Below are positions 16,688-25,013 of a DNA stretch of 64,000 nt, in pieces. The DNA lies in the NCBI GenBank assembly GCA_026396115.1, contig JAPLXL010000005.1, positions 2,967 to 66,966 of the forward strand, written 5' to 3'. Position 1 is the stretch's first letter. Each line of letters opens with the position of its first letter. Source of the stretch: Candidatus Nealsonbacteria bacterium (GTDB taxonomy: Bacteria; Patescibacteriota; Minisyncoccia; Minisyncoccales; RBG-13-42-11). Made by a program: the position numbers and the translations under genes. Below the pieces are notes generated by a model that was not told the DNA's origin, made no database searches, and was given only the letters and a program-made list of their open reading frames with translations.

Positions 16688-18373
16688 ATGCTTCGTTGGA
16701 AAATCAATTTCATTTTAGTATTCTTGTTTCTTTTAGGAATGGTCATTTTGGGCCGGCTTTTTTATATTCAAGTCGTTAAGGCCGACTTTTACAAAGCTTT
16801 GGCTCAAGGATTATATAGTATTGATAAACAAATTATTGGAGAAAGAGGAGAGATTTTTTTTAAAAACGGGGAAGCTTTAGCCATAAACATGGATTGGTCC
16901 TTGGTTTTTTCCTCACCAATAGAAGTTAAAGAAAAAGAGATTGCCGCCGAAAAATTAGCCGAAATTCTTTCTTTGGGCGAAGAGAATAAATCCTCTTCTT
17001 CCCCCTTCTCTACGGCTCAGGTAGCTAAAGATTTTATTTTGGAAAAATTAGAAAAAAACAATTTATATGAACCCATTAAAAAAAGAATAACTGATGAGGA
17101 AATTCAAAAAATAAAAGAACTAAACCTAAAAGGAATTTATCTGGACAGGGAAAAGGGAAGATACTATCCCCAAGGAACCTTTGCTTCCCAGTTAATCGGT
17201 TTTGTGGACGCCGACCGGCAAGGACAATATGGCATAGAAGGTTATGACGATGAGATTTTGCGGGGTAAAAAAGACCAACGAGGCAAAGATATTTTTTTAA
17301 CTATTGATTACTCCATTCAATTCAGAGCCGAAAAACTTTTAGAACAGGCAAAAGAAAATTTGGAGATTGAGGGCGGAGAAATTATAGTTATGAATCCTGA
17401 TTCCGGAGAAATTTTAGCCTTAGCGAATTTTCCGAACTTTAATCCCAATCAATATTCAGCGGTTTCTGATTTTGAAATTTTTGAAAATGGGGCGACCCAA
17501 AAAATTTTTGAGCCGGGTTCTATTTTCAAACCCATAACTATGGCTGCTGCTTTGAACGAGGAAAAAATCACTCCTCAAACCACTTATCTGGATAAAGGAA
17601 TATTGATGATAGGCGGCTGGCCAATTTCTAACTACGATAACAGAATTCATGGAGAACAAACTATGACTAATGTTTTAGAAAAATCAATTAATACCGGAGC
17701 AGTTTTTGTTGAAGAAAAGCTCGGGCATAATTCCTTTTTGAGGTACTTGGATAAATTCGGTTTTTTTAAACTGACCGGAATCGATCTCCAGGAAGTTTAT
17801 TCTGAAAATAGGGAGTTTAAAAAAGGATATGAAATAAATTTTGTCACGGCCAGTTTTGGCCAGGGAATAGAAATGACGCCAATCCAGTTAATCAGAGCTT
17901 ATAGCGTCATTGCTAATGGTGGAAAACTGGTAAAACCTTATCTGGTTAAGAAAATTATAAATGGCGAGGAGGTTTTGGGTGGCGAAGAGGATAAATCCTC
18001 TTCTTCACCCTTCGCTGCGACTCGGGTAATAGAAGACGATTTGGTAATTTCTCAAAAAACCGCCTCTCAATTAACAGCTATGCTGGTCAGCGTAGTTGAA
18101 AATGGTCCCTATACAAAGGGGGCTAGAATCCCTGGCTATTGGGTTGCAGGTAAAACAGGTACTGCCCAGGTACCAGAAAAAGGAACATATTCATCCGACA
18201 AAACCTGGCAATCGTTTGTAGGATTTGTCCCGGCTTTTAATCCTGAATTTGTAGTTTTAGTAAAACTTGATAATCCGAAGACGAAAACTGCTGAATATTC
18301 GGCAGTTCCTATTTTCCAGGATTTGGCAAAATATATCGTTGATTATTATCAAATACCGCCGGACCATGAATAA
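16688..18373 (+). CDS. ftsI: Penicillin-binding protein 2/FtsI-type transpeptidase
   Basis: N-terminal TM, dimerisation domain, SIFKP (SxxK), SIN (SxN), KTGTA (KTG). Confidence 0.9.
   Translation: MLRWKINFILVFLFLLGMVILGRLFYIQVVKADFYKALAQGLYSIDKQIIGERGEIFFKNGEALAINMDWSLVFSSPIEVKEKEIAAEKLAEILSLGEENKSSSSPFSTAQVAKDFILEKLEKNNLYEPIKKRITDEEIQKIKELNLKGIYLDREKGRYYPQGTFASQLIGFVDADRQGQYGIEGYDDEILRGKKDQRGKDIFLTIDYSIQFRAEKLLEQAKENLEIEGGEIIVMNPDSGEILALANFPNFNPNQYSAVSDFEIFENGATQKIFEPGSIFKPITMAAALNEEKITPQTTYLDKGILMIGGWPISNYDNRIHGEQTMTNVLEKSINTGAVFVEEKLGHNSFLRYLDKFGFFKLTGIDLQEVYSENREFKKGYEINFVTASFGQGIEMTPIQLIRAYSVIANGGKLVKPYLVKKIINGEEVLGGEEDKSSSSPFAATRVIEDDLVISQKTASQLTAMLVSVVENGPYTKGARIPGYWVAGKTGTAQVPEKGTYSSDKTWQSFVGFVPAFNPEFVVLVKLDNPKTKTAEYSAVPIFQDLAKYIVDYYQIPPDHE
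16975..17022 (-). repeat. Hairpin repeat family copy (B, 48 nt) in-frame inside ftsI
   Basis: gggcgaagagaataaatcctcttcttcccccttctctacggctcaggt, translated as GEENKSSSSPFSTAQV. Confidence 0.85.
17980..18027 (-). repeat. Hairpin repeat family copy (B, 48 nt) in-frame inside ftsI
   Basis: tggcgaagaggataaatcctcttcttcacccttcgctgcgactcgggt, translated as GEEDKSSSSPFAATRV. Confidence 0.85.
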
Positions 18374-18920
18374 AATTAAATTTTTTTTAAGAAAGCCAAA
18401 GGTGGTGATTGTTATTGGGGAGAGAAAAAAAATGGTAAAAGAAGCCATTTTTCAGGTTTTGAAGCAATATTCTAAAATTGACAAAGATGTCTTGATTCTT
18501 GAAACAGAAGAAAAAAAAATTAATAAATTTGCTTTTTATTTAAAAAACTCTAAATTGCCGATTTTAGTAATAGCTGGCATTAATGATATCTATTTAGTTA
18601 AAAATCTGCCTGTTAACACTCATTTTGTTTTAAATTACGACGATGAAAAACTAAAAGAAGAAATTAATAACCTTGATAATTTTAAAACCATGAAATTTGG
18701 CTTTAAAGAAGAAAATGATATTTTTGTCTCCGATCTCAAAGAAAACGGCGGGACAAATTTCAAGGTAAATTATAATGGAAAAAGTGTGCCATTTTGGCTG
18801 AATGGACTTCTTGACCAAGAGCAAATTTACGCCATCCTGGCCGCAATCAGCGTTGGCACAATTCTTGGCTTAAACCTGGTGGAAATTTCCCAATCCTTCA
18901 AATACCGAGCTTTCGCGTAG
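18366..18920 (+). CDS. Short, degenerate Mur-ligase-like protein (MurF-like central region, no P-loop)
   Basis: KVVIVIGERKKM sits where GTNGKT is expected. NFKVNYNGKSVPFWLNGLLDQEQIYAILAAISVG resembles the MurF central domain. Only 184 aa, and the stop lies inside a repeat. Confidence 0.4.
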   Translation: MNKIKFFLRKPKVVIVIGERKKMVKEAIFQVLKQYSKIDKDVLILETEEKKINKFAFYLKNSKLPILVIAGINDIYLVKNLPVNTHFVLNYDDEKLKEEINNLDNFKTMKFGFKEENDIFVSDLKENGGTNFKVNYNGKSVPFWLNGLLDQEQIYAILAAISVGTILGLNLVEISQSFKYRAFA

Positions 18921-19005
18921 CGAAAGCGAAAGTAAGAAAGAGGGCGAAGAAAAGCGTTTCTTCTTCCGTCTCGTCTTCGACTCGACGAACGAAGCTCTCT
19001 TCGCC
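18904..19005. repeat. ~100-nt composite multi-hairpin repeat module
   Basis: accgagctttcgcgtagcgaaagcgaaagtaagaaagagggcgaagaaaagcgtttcttcttccgtctcgtcttcgactcgacgaacgaagctctcttcgcc. Confidence 0.8.
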
Positions 19006-19052
19006 TATTTTTGTTTATTTTTTGATTTTGTGATAAATTAAAACTTGCCACT

Positions 19053-19128
19053 GGCCCTATCGTCTAGTGGTTCAGGACGTCTGCTTCTCAGGCAGGAAAC
19101 ACCGGTTCAAATCCGGTTGGGGCCGCCA
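19053..19128 (+). tRNA. tRNA-Glu (anticodon CUC), CCA encoded
   Basis: Manual cloverleaf: acceptor GGCCCTA/TGGGGCC, D arm GTCT-AGTGGTTCA-GGAC, anticodon arm TCTGC-TTCTCAG-GCAGG, T arm ACCGG-TTCAAAT-CCGGT, then G-CCA. Confidence 0.85.
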
Positions 19129-19165
19129 TTTCTAACAGAGTTAGCCCCTGTTAGAACAAAAATCT

Positions 19166-20023
19166 ATGTTTTCGTATGCCAATGGAAAGTTTATTCTAAC
19201 CGAAGAATTAGCTCTACCTATAAAAGAAGATATCACAGGCACTATTCGCGGATTTCGTATTTTTACTGCTTGCCGTACCTTACCAAACGGGAAGGTTTTT
19301 CGTTTAGAAGATCACATTGATCGTCTGTTTAATTTTGCTAAGACTATTTATATGGAATTACCTCACGATAAGAATGAGCTAAAAGAAGTTATTCAAGAGA
19401 CAATAGTCAAAAACAAAGAAGAGGGGGAGTTGCTGCTTGAGATAATATACAGCGGCGGTAGCGCAAATTTAAGCGGGGTAGCGCCAACAGGAAAGGCTAT
19501 TTTATATATAATGGTTCTTCCTTTAAAGATGCCTCCTGCTAGGTGGTACGAAAAAGGAATAAAGCTGGCAGTTTATCCTTACCAGCGCCAGTGGCCGGAA
19601 ATTAAATTTTTGAATTATGTAGGCGCAGTTATTGCCCACCAAACAGTGGTTAAAAAATACGAAGCCGATGATGCCTTATTTATCTCGCCTCATGAAAAGA
19701 AAATTATTTTGGAAGGAACCACCTTCAATTTTTTTATAATAAAAAATGGCGTTATTATAACTCACCCAGCGGATGGTAAAATTTTACCTGGCATAACGCG
19801 CAAAGTTGCGCTGGAATTAGCTTGTCAGCGGGGGATTAAAACAAAAGAAGATTATTTTTCTCTTGATGATTTACTTGAAGTTGAAGAAGCGTTTATCACT
19901 TCTTCAACGCGTAATATAGTGCCAGTGGTTAGGGTTGATGATATAGTTATAGGAAGCGGCCAGCCCGGGGAAATAACTAATAAATTAGCTAGGTTTTTTA
20001 AAGAATATCAGGCTAATTATTAA
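19166..20023 (+). CDS. Class IV aminotransferase (D-amino-acid / branched-chain type)
   Basis: 285 aa with fold-type IV patterns: FRLEDHIDRL, E..G.N.F.IKNG.I.T, ILPGITR, EAFITSST. Confidence 0.8.
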   Translation: MFSYANGKFILTEELALPIKEDITGTIRGFRIFTACRTLPNGKVFRLEDHIDRLFNFAKTIYMELPHDKNELKEVIQETIVKNKEEGELLLEIIYSGGSANLSGVAPTGKAILYIMVLPLKMPPARWYEKGIKLAVYPYQRQWPEIKFLNYVGAVIAHQTVVKKYEADDALFISPHEKKIILEGTTFNFFIIKNGVIITHPADGKILPGITRKVALELACQRGIKTKEDYFSLDDLLEVEEAFITSSTRNIVPVVRVDDIVIGSGQPGEITNKLARFFKEYQANY

Positions 20024-20098
20024 TTGTTTACTTTAAAAAGAAAATTTTTCATATTATTTGAGCAAAGATTCCTAAGAATTTTTGTTTTTTTGTTGTTC

Positions 20099-20127
20099 TT
20101 GACAAAAAGAAATTAACTTGCTATAAT
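20099..20127 (+). promoter_or_regulatory. Perfect consensus sigma70 promoter
   Basis: TTGACA (20099-20104), 17-nt spacer, TATAAT (20122-20127). Confidence 0.7.
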
Positions 20128-20168
20128 ATAGGCAGTACATAAAATCTTTTTTAGGAAAGGAGGACGCA

Positions 20169-20786
20169 GTGATTACACTAGATGATTCTGTTCGGTTAGT
20201 TAGTATGCAATTCAGCTTTTCTAACATCAATGTTGTTCCAACCTCGGTGAAAAAGCTGGAACTGGAAATGCTGGAAGAGCGAAATGAGCGTAAGACGTAT
20301 AAGGGTAATGGCGAATTGATCATTAAGCCTATCGAGAATGTTTCCCTCGTGGAATTTCTCGATAACCTCGAGGTAGCTGGATACGAATTGGTAGATGCGT
20401 TCTATCAGCCAAGAATCGATCTCAAGGATCTTCGAGGAAATAGAATCTATCACATGGTGCGTTTTCTATTCGCTCGCCGCAAGTATGTGGAACTTTCCGA
20501 TGAGTTCAAGGAGGTGCGAAGCACTATTCATGCTGAACTTCGGAAAATCTGCGAGCAAGCGATGTGGCGAGTCCGGGCATTCCTTAACCCCTTCTTTATG
20601 GACGACGAGGAAGTTCTTGGCCAGCACGCACTAAGTATAAATCTCGAGGCACGTAAGCCTCTCTTTCATCCCGACGGTCAGCTAGTAATGGTCTGGCAGA
20701 AGGATGAGAGGGGTAACCGCGTGGGCGAGACGCCGTTTCCGCTTAAACCTGATTACTATCTCCGTATTGAGGACAACATGGCTTAG
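20169..20786 (+). CDS. Hypothetical protein, G+C-richer orphan (GTG start)
   Basis: SD aaaggagg lies 5 nt before the GTG. 205 aa with no motif recognised. Composition clearly differs from flanking genes. Confidence 0.5.
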   Translation: MITLDDSVRLVSMQFSFSNINVVPTSVKKLELEMLEERNERKTYKGNGELIIKPIENVSLVEFLDNLEVAGYELVDAFYQPRIDLKDLRGNRIYHMVRFLFARRKYVELSDEFKEVRSTIHAELRKICEQAMWRVRAFLNPFFMDDEEVLGQHALSINLEARKPLFHPDGQLVMVWQKDERGNRVGETPFPLKPDYYLRIEDNMA

Positions 20787-20823
20787 TCCTTACCACGACA
20801 AGTAGGAAGACTTATCAACTCAG

Positions 20824-20873
20824 TGGCGCCGTTGCTAAACAGATTATCTGTTACGCGGCGCTATTTTTATTTG
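20824..20873 (+). terminator. Rho-independent terminator
   Basis: GCGCCG...CGGCGC outer stem with inner AACAG/CTGTT, followed by tatttttattt. Confidence 0.65.
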
Positions 20874-20969
20874 AAAATCCGTCGCCAAAAAATGAAAAAT
20901 GTTCGAGTTAATTTAAGAATAGTCCACCATAGACGATTTCTTTCGCTCTCGCCCCTCGCGGAGTTTACC

Positions 20970-21059
20970 CTGCTGTTGTGCGGGGCTCGGGGTTGGGGCT
21001 TCCGGCGAGCTCGCAACTCTTCGCTTCGCTTCGGTGATGCCGCACTTGCACAACAGCGG
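20970..21059. other. GC-rich structured non-coding element (strand unknown)
   Basis: 12-bp closing stem CTGCTGTTGTGC (20970-20981) / GCACAACAGCGG (21048-21059). The interior holds GGGGCTCGGGGTTGGGGCT (three G4 runs), the palindrome GCGAGCTCGC and cttcgcttcgcttcgg. Confidence 0.35.
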
Positions 21060-21067
21060 ATAATGGG

Positions 21068-21095
21068 TTGACATTTTTTATTTTTGTGATATATT
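21068..21095 (+). promoter_or_regulatory. Promoter with extended -10
   Basis: TTGACA (21068-21073), 16-nt spacer, tgaTATATT. SD aaaggagg precedes the ATG at 21137. Confidence 0.65.
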
Positions 21096-21136
21096 TTAGA
21101 TAGTACACAAAATCAAAATATAAAGGAGGAGCGAAG

Positions 21137-21829
21137 ATGAAGAAAGTTGTGATAGTGTTGTTGGTAGTGTTTCTGATGGGCATGGGCGTTCCGGTGTTTG
21201 CTATCGAAAGTGCTGAGGAAACAGAGGCCTTGCATCAGATGGAGGCACAGGCAGTTATTTCAATTGGTGTAATGCCGATTGAAAATGCCCAGCGTATCCC
21301 TCATGTGGGGGATGCATTCCGGCAGATCTTGGTTTCGGCTCTCAATGAGTCCGGGATCAAGGTAGTGGAGTCTATGGACGATGAAACCCTATACTGGGTT
21401 CGTCGTCAGGATCAATTAGTCCGCGAGGGCTGGATTGATTCTTACACTGCCCCGGCCGTCGGAGAATTGTATGGAATAACTCACTTTCTTCTTGGTATTG
21501 TTACTCAGTACCAAGAGGCTGAGGTGATGGAAGAGGTTATGGGGGGAATTTTTTACGTGAACATTGATGGGGAGCGAATCCGGACCAGGGTCCAAACCGG
21601 ATCCTTAGCAGTCGACTTTCGTGTCGTCGACGCGAGGACTGGTGTCGTGGAAGTCGCTTTCGGAGTAAAAGTCGAAGTTCGGCGATCCGAAAGCGCTATC
21701 GGTTCTATCCTTACCGCCATTTTTGGCGGTACAAAACAGAAAAAGGAGATACCTCTTCCGGAAGAAGTAGCTCGCTCGGTAGCAGAGCAAGCAGCCGAGC
21801 GAATTGCGGCTGTTCTGTTTGTGAAATAA
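21137..21829 (+). CDS. CsgG/HfaB-like secreted protein
   Basis: Signal peptide (no lipobox Cys). ISIGVMPIEN...DAFRQILVSALNESGIKVVE...LYGITHFLLGIVTQY...VDFRVVDARTGVV follows the CsgG-family pattern. G+C-richer. Confidence 0.55.
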   Translation: MKKVVIVLLVVFLMGMGVPVFAIESAEETEALHQMEAQAVISIGVMPIENAQRIPHVGDAFRQILVSALNESGIKVVESMDDETLYWVRRQDQLVREGWIDSYTAPAVGELYGITHFLLGIVTQYQEAEVMEEVMGGIFYVNIDGERIRTRVQTGSLAVDFRVVDARTGVVEVAFGVKVEVRRSESAIGSILTAIFGGTKQKKEIPLPEEVARSVAEQAAERIAAVLFVK

Positions 21830-21857
21830 CTGTGTGGATTGAAAAAAAATAAGAAAA

Positions 21858-21908
21858 AAGGGGGAGGTAAGAATAAACCTTTTTAACTCTCCCTTTTTTT
21901 GTTAGAAT
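21858..21908 (+). promoter_or_regulatory. Terminator hairpin plus T-run fused to an extended -10 (TGtTAGAAT)
   Basis: aagggggaggt...aactctccctttttttgTTAGAAT. Confidence 0.55.
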
Positions 21909-21921
21909 AAAAAAATCACCA

Positions 21922-22023
21922 ACCGAGCTTTCACGCAGTGAGGGCGAATCGAAGAACATTCGTTCTTCTCTACCCTTCGCTGCGACTCGGGTAGGTGAAG
22001 AAGAGGGCGAAACCCTCTTCGCC
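21922..22023. repeat. ~100-nt composite multi-hairpin repeat module in the 5' UTR of the ATPase gene
   Basis: accgagctttcacgcagtgagggcgaatcgaagaacattcgttcttctctacccttcgctgcgactcgggtaggtgaagaagagggcgaaaccctcttcgcc. Confidence 0.85.
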
Positions 22024-22037
22024 TAAATATACTGATT

Positions 22038-24833
22038 ATGAATTCATTCCATTCCAAATCCATTGAGAAGACCTTGGAAGAACTTTCTTCTTATCCGGAA
22101 GGTTTGACTTCAGAGGAAGTGAAAAACCGTTGGCAAAAATTCGGTTTTAATGAAATACCCGAGAAAAGGGCCTTGCACCCGGCTTTTATTTTTTTGAAAC
22201 AGTTCCATTCTTGGCTGATATACATACTTATTGGAGCAGCTCTTTTTTCCTTTTGGACCAGGCACATGTTCGATGTTTATATAATTTCGGCCGTTCTTTT
22301 GCTTAATGCTCTCATGGGCTTTATTCAAGAATCCAAGGCAGAGAAAGCCATTAGGGCTTTAAAGAAGATGGTTGTGCCTTTTGCTAAAGTCATCAGAGAA
22401 GGGGAGTTATTAAAAATTCCGGCCAAAGAATTGGTTCAAGGCGATATTATTTTATTGGGAGAAGGAGATAGAATTCCGGCTGACGCCAGATTGTCGGAAT
22501 TAAAGAATTTTAGGACAATGGAAGCGGCCTTAACAGGTGAATCGGTTCCGGTAGATAAAAACCTTGAAGAGCTGCCCAAAAAAACTCCTTTGGCTGACCA
22601 AAAAAATATGATTTGGCTGGGAACATTTGTTACAGCTGGTCAAGCAAAGGCAATAGTTGTTGCCACCGGACCCAAAACCGCTTTGGGACAAATCGCTGAA
22701 AGTCTTGAAAAAATTGAAACTCCGAAAACTCATTTCAAAATAAAAACCGATTTGCTGGCAAAACAAATGGCCGGAATTGCTTTTGGTTGTGTTTCGGCGC
22801 TTTTATTGGTTGCGTTATTTATTGGCCATTTTGAATTTAAAGATGCATTTCGTTTTGCGGTTGCCGCTCTTGTTTCGGCAATTCCCGAGGGACTGCCAAT
22901 AGTATTGGTCATTGTTCTGGCCATGGGAGCTCACCGGATGGCAAAAAGAAATGCGATTGTCAGAAACCTGCAGGCTACAGAAACTCTTGGCGTGGCAAAT
23001 ATTATTGCCGTGGATAAAACCGGAACTATTACTCAAAACACAATGGACGCAGAAAAAATAATTTTATTAAATCAAGAAGAAATTACGGTTTCCGGAGGCG
23101 GCTGGAAGCCAAAAGGCGAATTTATTCAAAAAGAAAAAGTTTTCTTTCCTTTGGAAAATCCTCAATTAAGAAAGCTTTTACATATTGCCTGTATTTGCAA
23201 CAATGCCAGATTGCTCAAAGAAAACGGCAAAAAGGAAAATTACAGAATCATTGGCGACCCGACAGAGGCGGCCTTGGTTGTCCTGGCAGAAAAGGCCGGG
23301 CTTAAAAAAGAAGTTTTGCTGGAAAAAGAAAAAATAATTGATGATTTGCCATTTAATCCGGAATTAAAATATGGAGCTTCGCTTATCGAGCTTCCGCAGG
23401 AAGCGAAAATTAAGAAGAGGATAAATTCCTCTTCGCCTGCTATTTTAACTAAAGATACGACAGAAAAAGAAATTTATGTAGTTGGGGCGCCGGAAGCTAT
23501 TTTAGAAATTTCTTCCTCAGGATTTGGAGAAAAAGAGAAGAAATTAGCGCTAAAAGAAAAAAAAGAAATTTTAAATAAAGTAGAAGGTTTAGCAAAAAAT
23601 GGTTTAAGGGTTATCGGGTTGGCTTATAAAACCGTTCCTTTTGAAACGGAAAAATTGACCCCAGACCTAATTAAAAACCTCGTTTTTGTGGGAGCGGTAG
23701 GAATGGAAGATCCCCCGAGGCCCGAAGTTAAAGAAGCTATTGCCAAAACAAAAACAGCCGGAATCAGAGTGATTATGAAAACCGGCGACCATAAAGAAAC
23801 TGCCATAGCTATTGCCAGAGAAATCGGTTTAGTCAAAAATGAAAAAGAGAACAATTATCCTTTGGCTTTAACCGAAAAAGAATTAGAAAAGTTGACTGAG
23901 AAAGAGTTTAACGAAGCAGTAAAGCATGTTTCAATTTTTGCCAGATTAACTCCGGCAATGAAATTAAAAATTTTAGAAAGCTTGCAAAAACAAGGATATA
24001 TTGTGGCCATGACCGGTGACGGAGTCAATGACGCCCCGGCTTTAAAAAAAGCTGATATTGGCATTGCTATGGGACAAATCGGTACCGATGTTGCCAGAGA
24101 AAGCAGTTCCATGGTTTTGGCCGATGATAATTTTACTTCCATTGTCAATGCCATTGAAGAAGGAAGAACCGTTTTTACTAACGTTAAACAAGTCAGCCTG
24201 TTTTTAATTACCACCAATTTTGCTGAAATTGCCACCCTGGTAACTTCTTTAATCATCGGTGCTTATTTGTGGGGCCAAACCCTTTTGATTATTTTGCCGG
24301 CTACCATTATTTTTATGAATTTAGTAACCGATGGCTTTGCCGATGTTGCTTTGGCTTGCGAGCCCAGTCATGAAGATGTCTTGAAAAAACCGCCGAGAAA
24401 AAAAGAAGAAAATATTTTGTCCAAAGATATTTTCCCATTTTTAGTTTTAATGGTTATGATAATGACCGTTTTAACGATTTTTATTTTTAAAACCTTTTTA
24501 CTTCAGGATTCTTTGGAAAAAGCCAGGGCCGGTGCTTTTGCCGTCATGGCTATTACCCAGTTATTTAATGTTCTTAATATGAGGAGTCTCAACCAATCCA
24601 TTTTTAAGATAGGGTTCTTTTCTAACAAATTCATAGTGGGAGGTTTGACAGTTTCTATTATTTTAATAATAATAGCTCTTTTTGTCGGAGGTGTGGCGGA
24701 AAAATTTGGCTTTGAACCTCTTTCTCTTTCAGAATTTTTAATCATAATCTTGCTTTCCTCTCTGGTTTTGTGGGGCGGAGAACTCTATAAATATTGGCGT
24801 CGAAGGTCAACACGCTTTTTGTTGAAAAATTAG
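22038..24833 (+). CDS. Cation-transporting P-type ATPase (type II, Ca2+-ATPase-like)
   Basis: LTGESVPV, VDKTGTITQN, MKTGDH, MTGDGVNDAPALKKADIGIAMG, about 10 TM segments. Confidence 0.9.
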   Translation: MNSFHSKSIEKTLEELSSYPEGLTSEEVKNRWQKFGFNEIPEKRALHPAFIFLKQFHSWLIYILIGAALFSFWTRHMFDVYIISAVLLLNALMGFIQESKAEKAIRALKKMVVPFAKVIREGELLKIPAKELVQGDIILLGEGDRIPADARLSELKNFRTMEAALTGESVPVDKNLEELPKKTPLADQKNMIWLGTFVTAGQAKAIVVATGPKTALGQIAESLEKIETPKTHFKIKTDLLAKQMAGIAFGCVSALLLVALFIGHFEFKDAFRFAVAALVSAIPEGLPIVLVIVLAMGAHRMAKRNAIVRNLQATETLGVANIIAVDKTGTITQNTMDAEKIILLNQEEITVSGGGWKPKGEFIQKEKVFFPLENPQLRKLLHIACICNNARLLKENGKKENYRIIGDPTEAALVVLAEKAGLKKEVLLEKEKIIDDLPFNPELKYGASLIELPQEAKIKKRINSSSPAILTKDTTEKEIYVVGAPEAILEISSSGFGEKEKKLALKEKKEILNKVEGLAKNGLRVIGLAYKTVPFETEKLTPDLIKNLVFVGAVGMEDPPRPEVKEAIAKTKTAGIRVIMKTGDHKETAIAIAREIGLVKNEKENNYPLALTEKELEKLTEKEFNEAVKHVSIFARLTPAMKLKILESLQKQGYIVAMTGDGVNDAPALKKADIGIAMGQIGTDVARESSSMVLADDNFTSIVNAIEEGRTVFTNVKQVSLFLITTNFAEIATLVTSLIIGAYLWGQTLLIILPATIIFMNLVTDGFADVALACEPSHEDVLKKPPRKKEENILSKDIFPFLVLMVMIMTVLTIFIFKTFLLQDSLEKARAGAFAVMAITQLFNVLNMRSLNQSIFKIGFFSNKFIVGGLTVSIILIIIALFVGGVAEKFGFEPLSLSEFLIIILLSSLVLWGGELYKYWRRRSTRFLLKN
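23385..23437 (+). repeat. Hairpin repeat family copy (A) in-frame inside the P-type ATPase (cytoplasmic N-domain region)
   Basis: atcgagcttccgcaggaagcgaaaattaagaagaggataaattcctcttcgcc, translated as IELPQEAKIKKRINSSSPA. Confidence 0.8.
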
Positions 24834-24844
24834 GATAACAACAT

Positions 24845-24868
24845 TATAATAAAAAAAACGTATTGAAA
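24845..24868 (+). repeat. 24-nt exact repeat TATAATAAAAAAAACGTATTGAAA (copy 1; -10 box plus leader)
   Basis: Identical 24-mer at 26351-26374. Confidence 0.8.
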
Positions 24869-25013
24869 AAGGTCGAGGATAATAAAATTTTTTAATTTTT
24901 AAAATACGAATTACGCTTTTTCTAAAATTTTAATCTTAGTTGTTCTTATTATTCTCGCTGCCGGAGGGATTTTATCTTGGCAGTATTTTGGGGAGCTAAA
25001 AGAGGAAGTTGAA

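Noticed and set aside
19115-20999. Integration att site: the 9-nt GGTTGGGGC is shared by the tRNA-Glu 3' arm (19115-19123) and the GC-rich element (20991-20999)
   Set aside because: The match is only 9 nt. The segment it would delimit includes a native-looking AT-rich aminotransferase gene but excludes the G+C-rich CsgG-like gene, and no integrase is present.
20823-21183. ORFs 20823-21071(+) and 20965-21183(-) across the GC-rich element
   Set aside because: There is no SD, the composition is Arg/Leu/Ser-rich and unlike real proteins, they span a terminator and a promoter, and they overlap each other. The region is better explained as a structured non-coding element.
22110-24745. Numerous antisense or off-frame ORFs inside long conserved genes (for example 23855-24256(-), 22815-23036(-), 47897-48271(-), 45148-45459(-), 33157-33486(+), 15602-15952(-))
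   Set aside because: They lie entirely within confidently identified genes on the other strand or frame (P-type ATPases, helicase, cysS, rsmH) and have low-complexity or odd composition. They are shadow ORFs.
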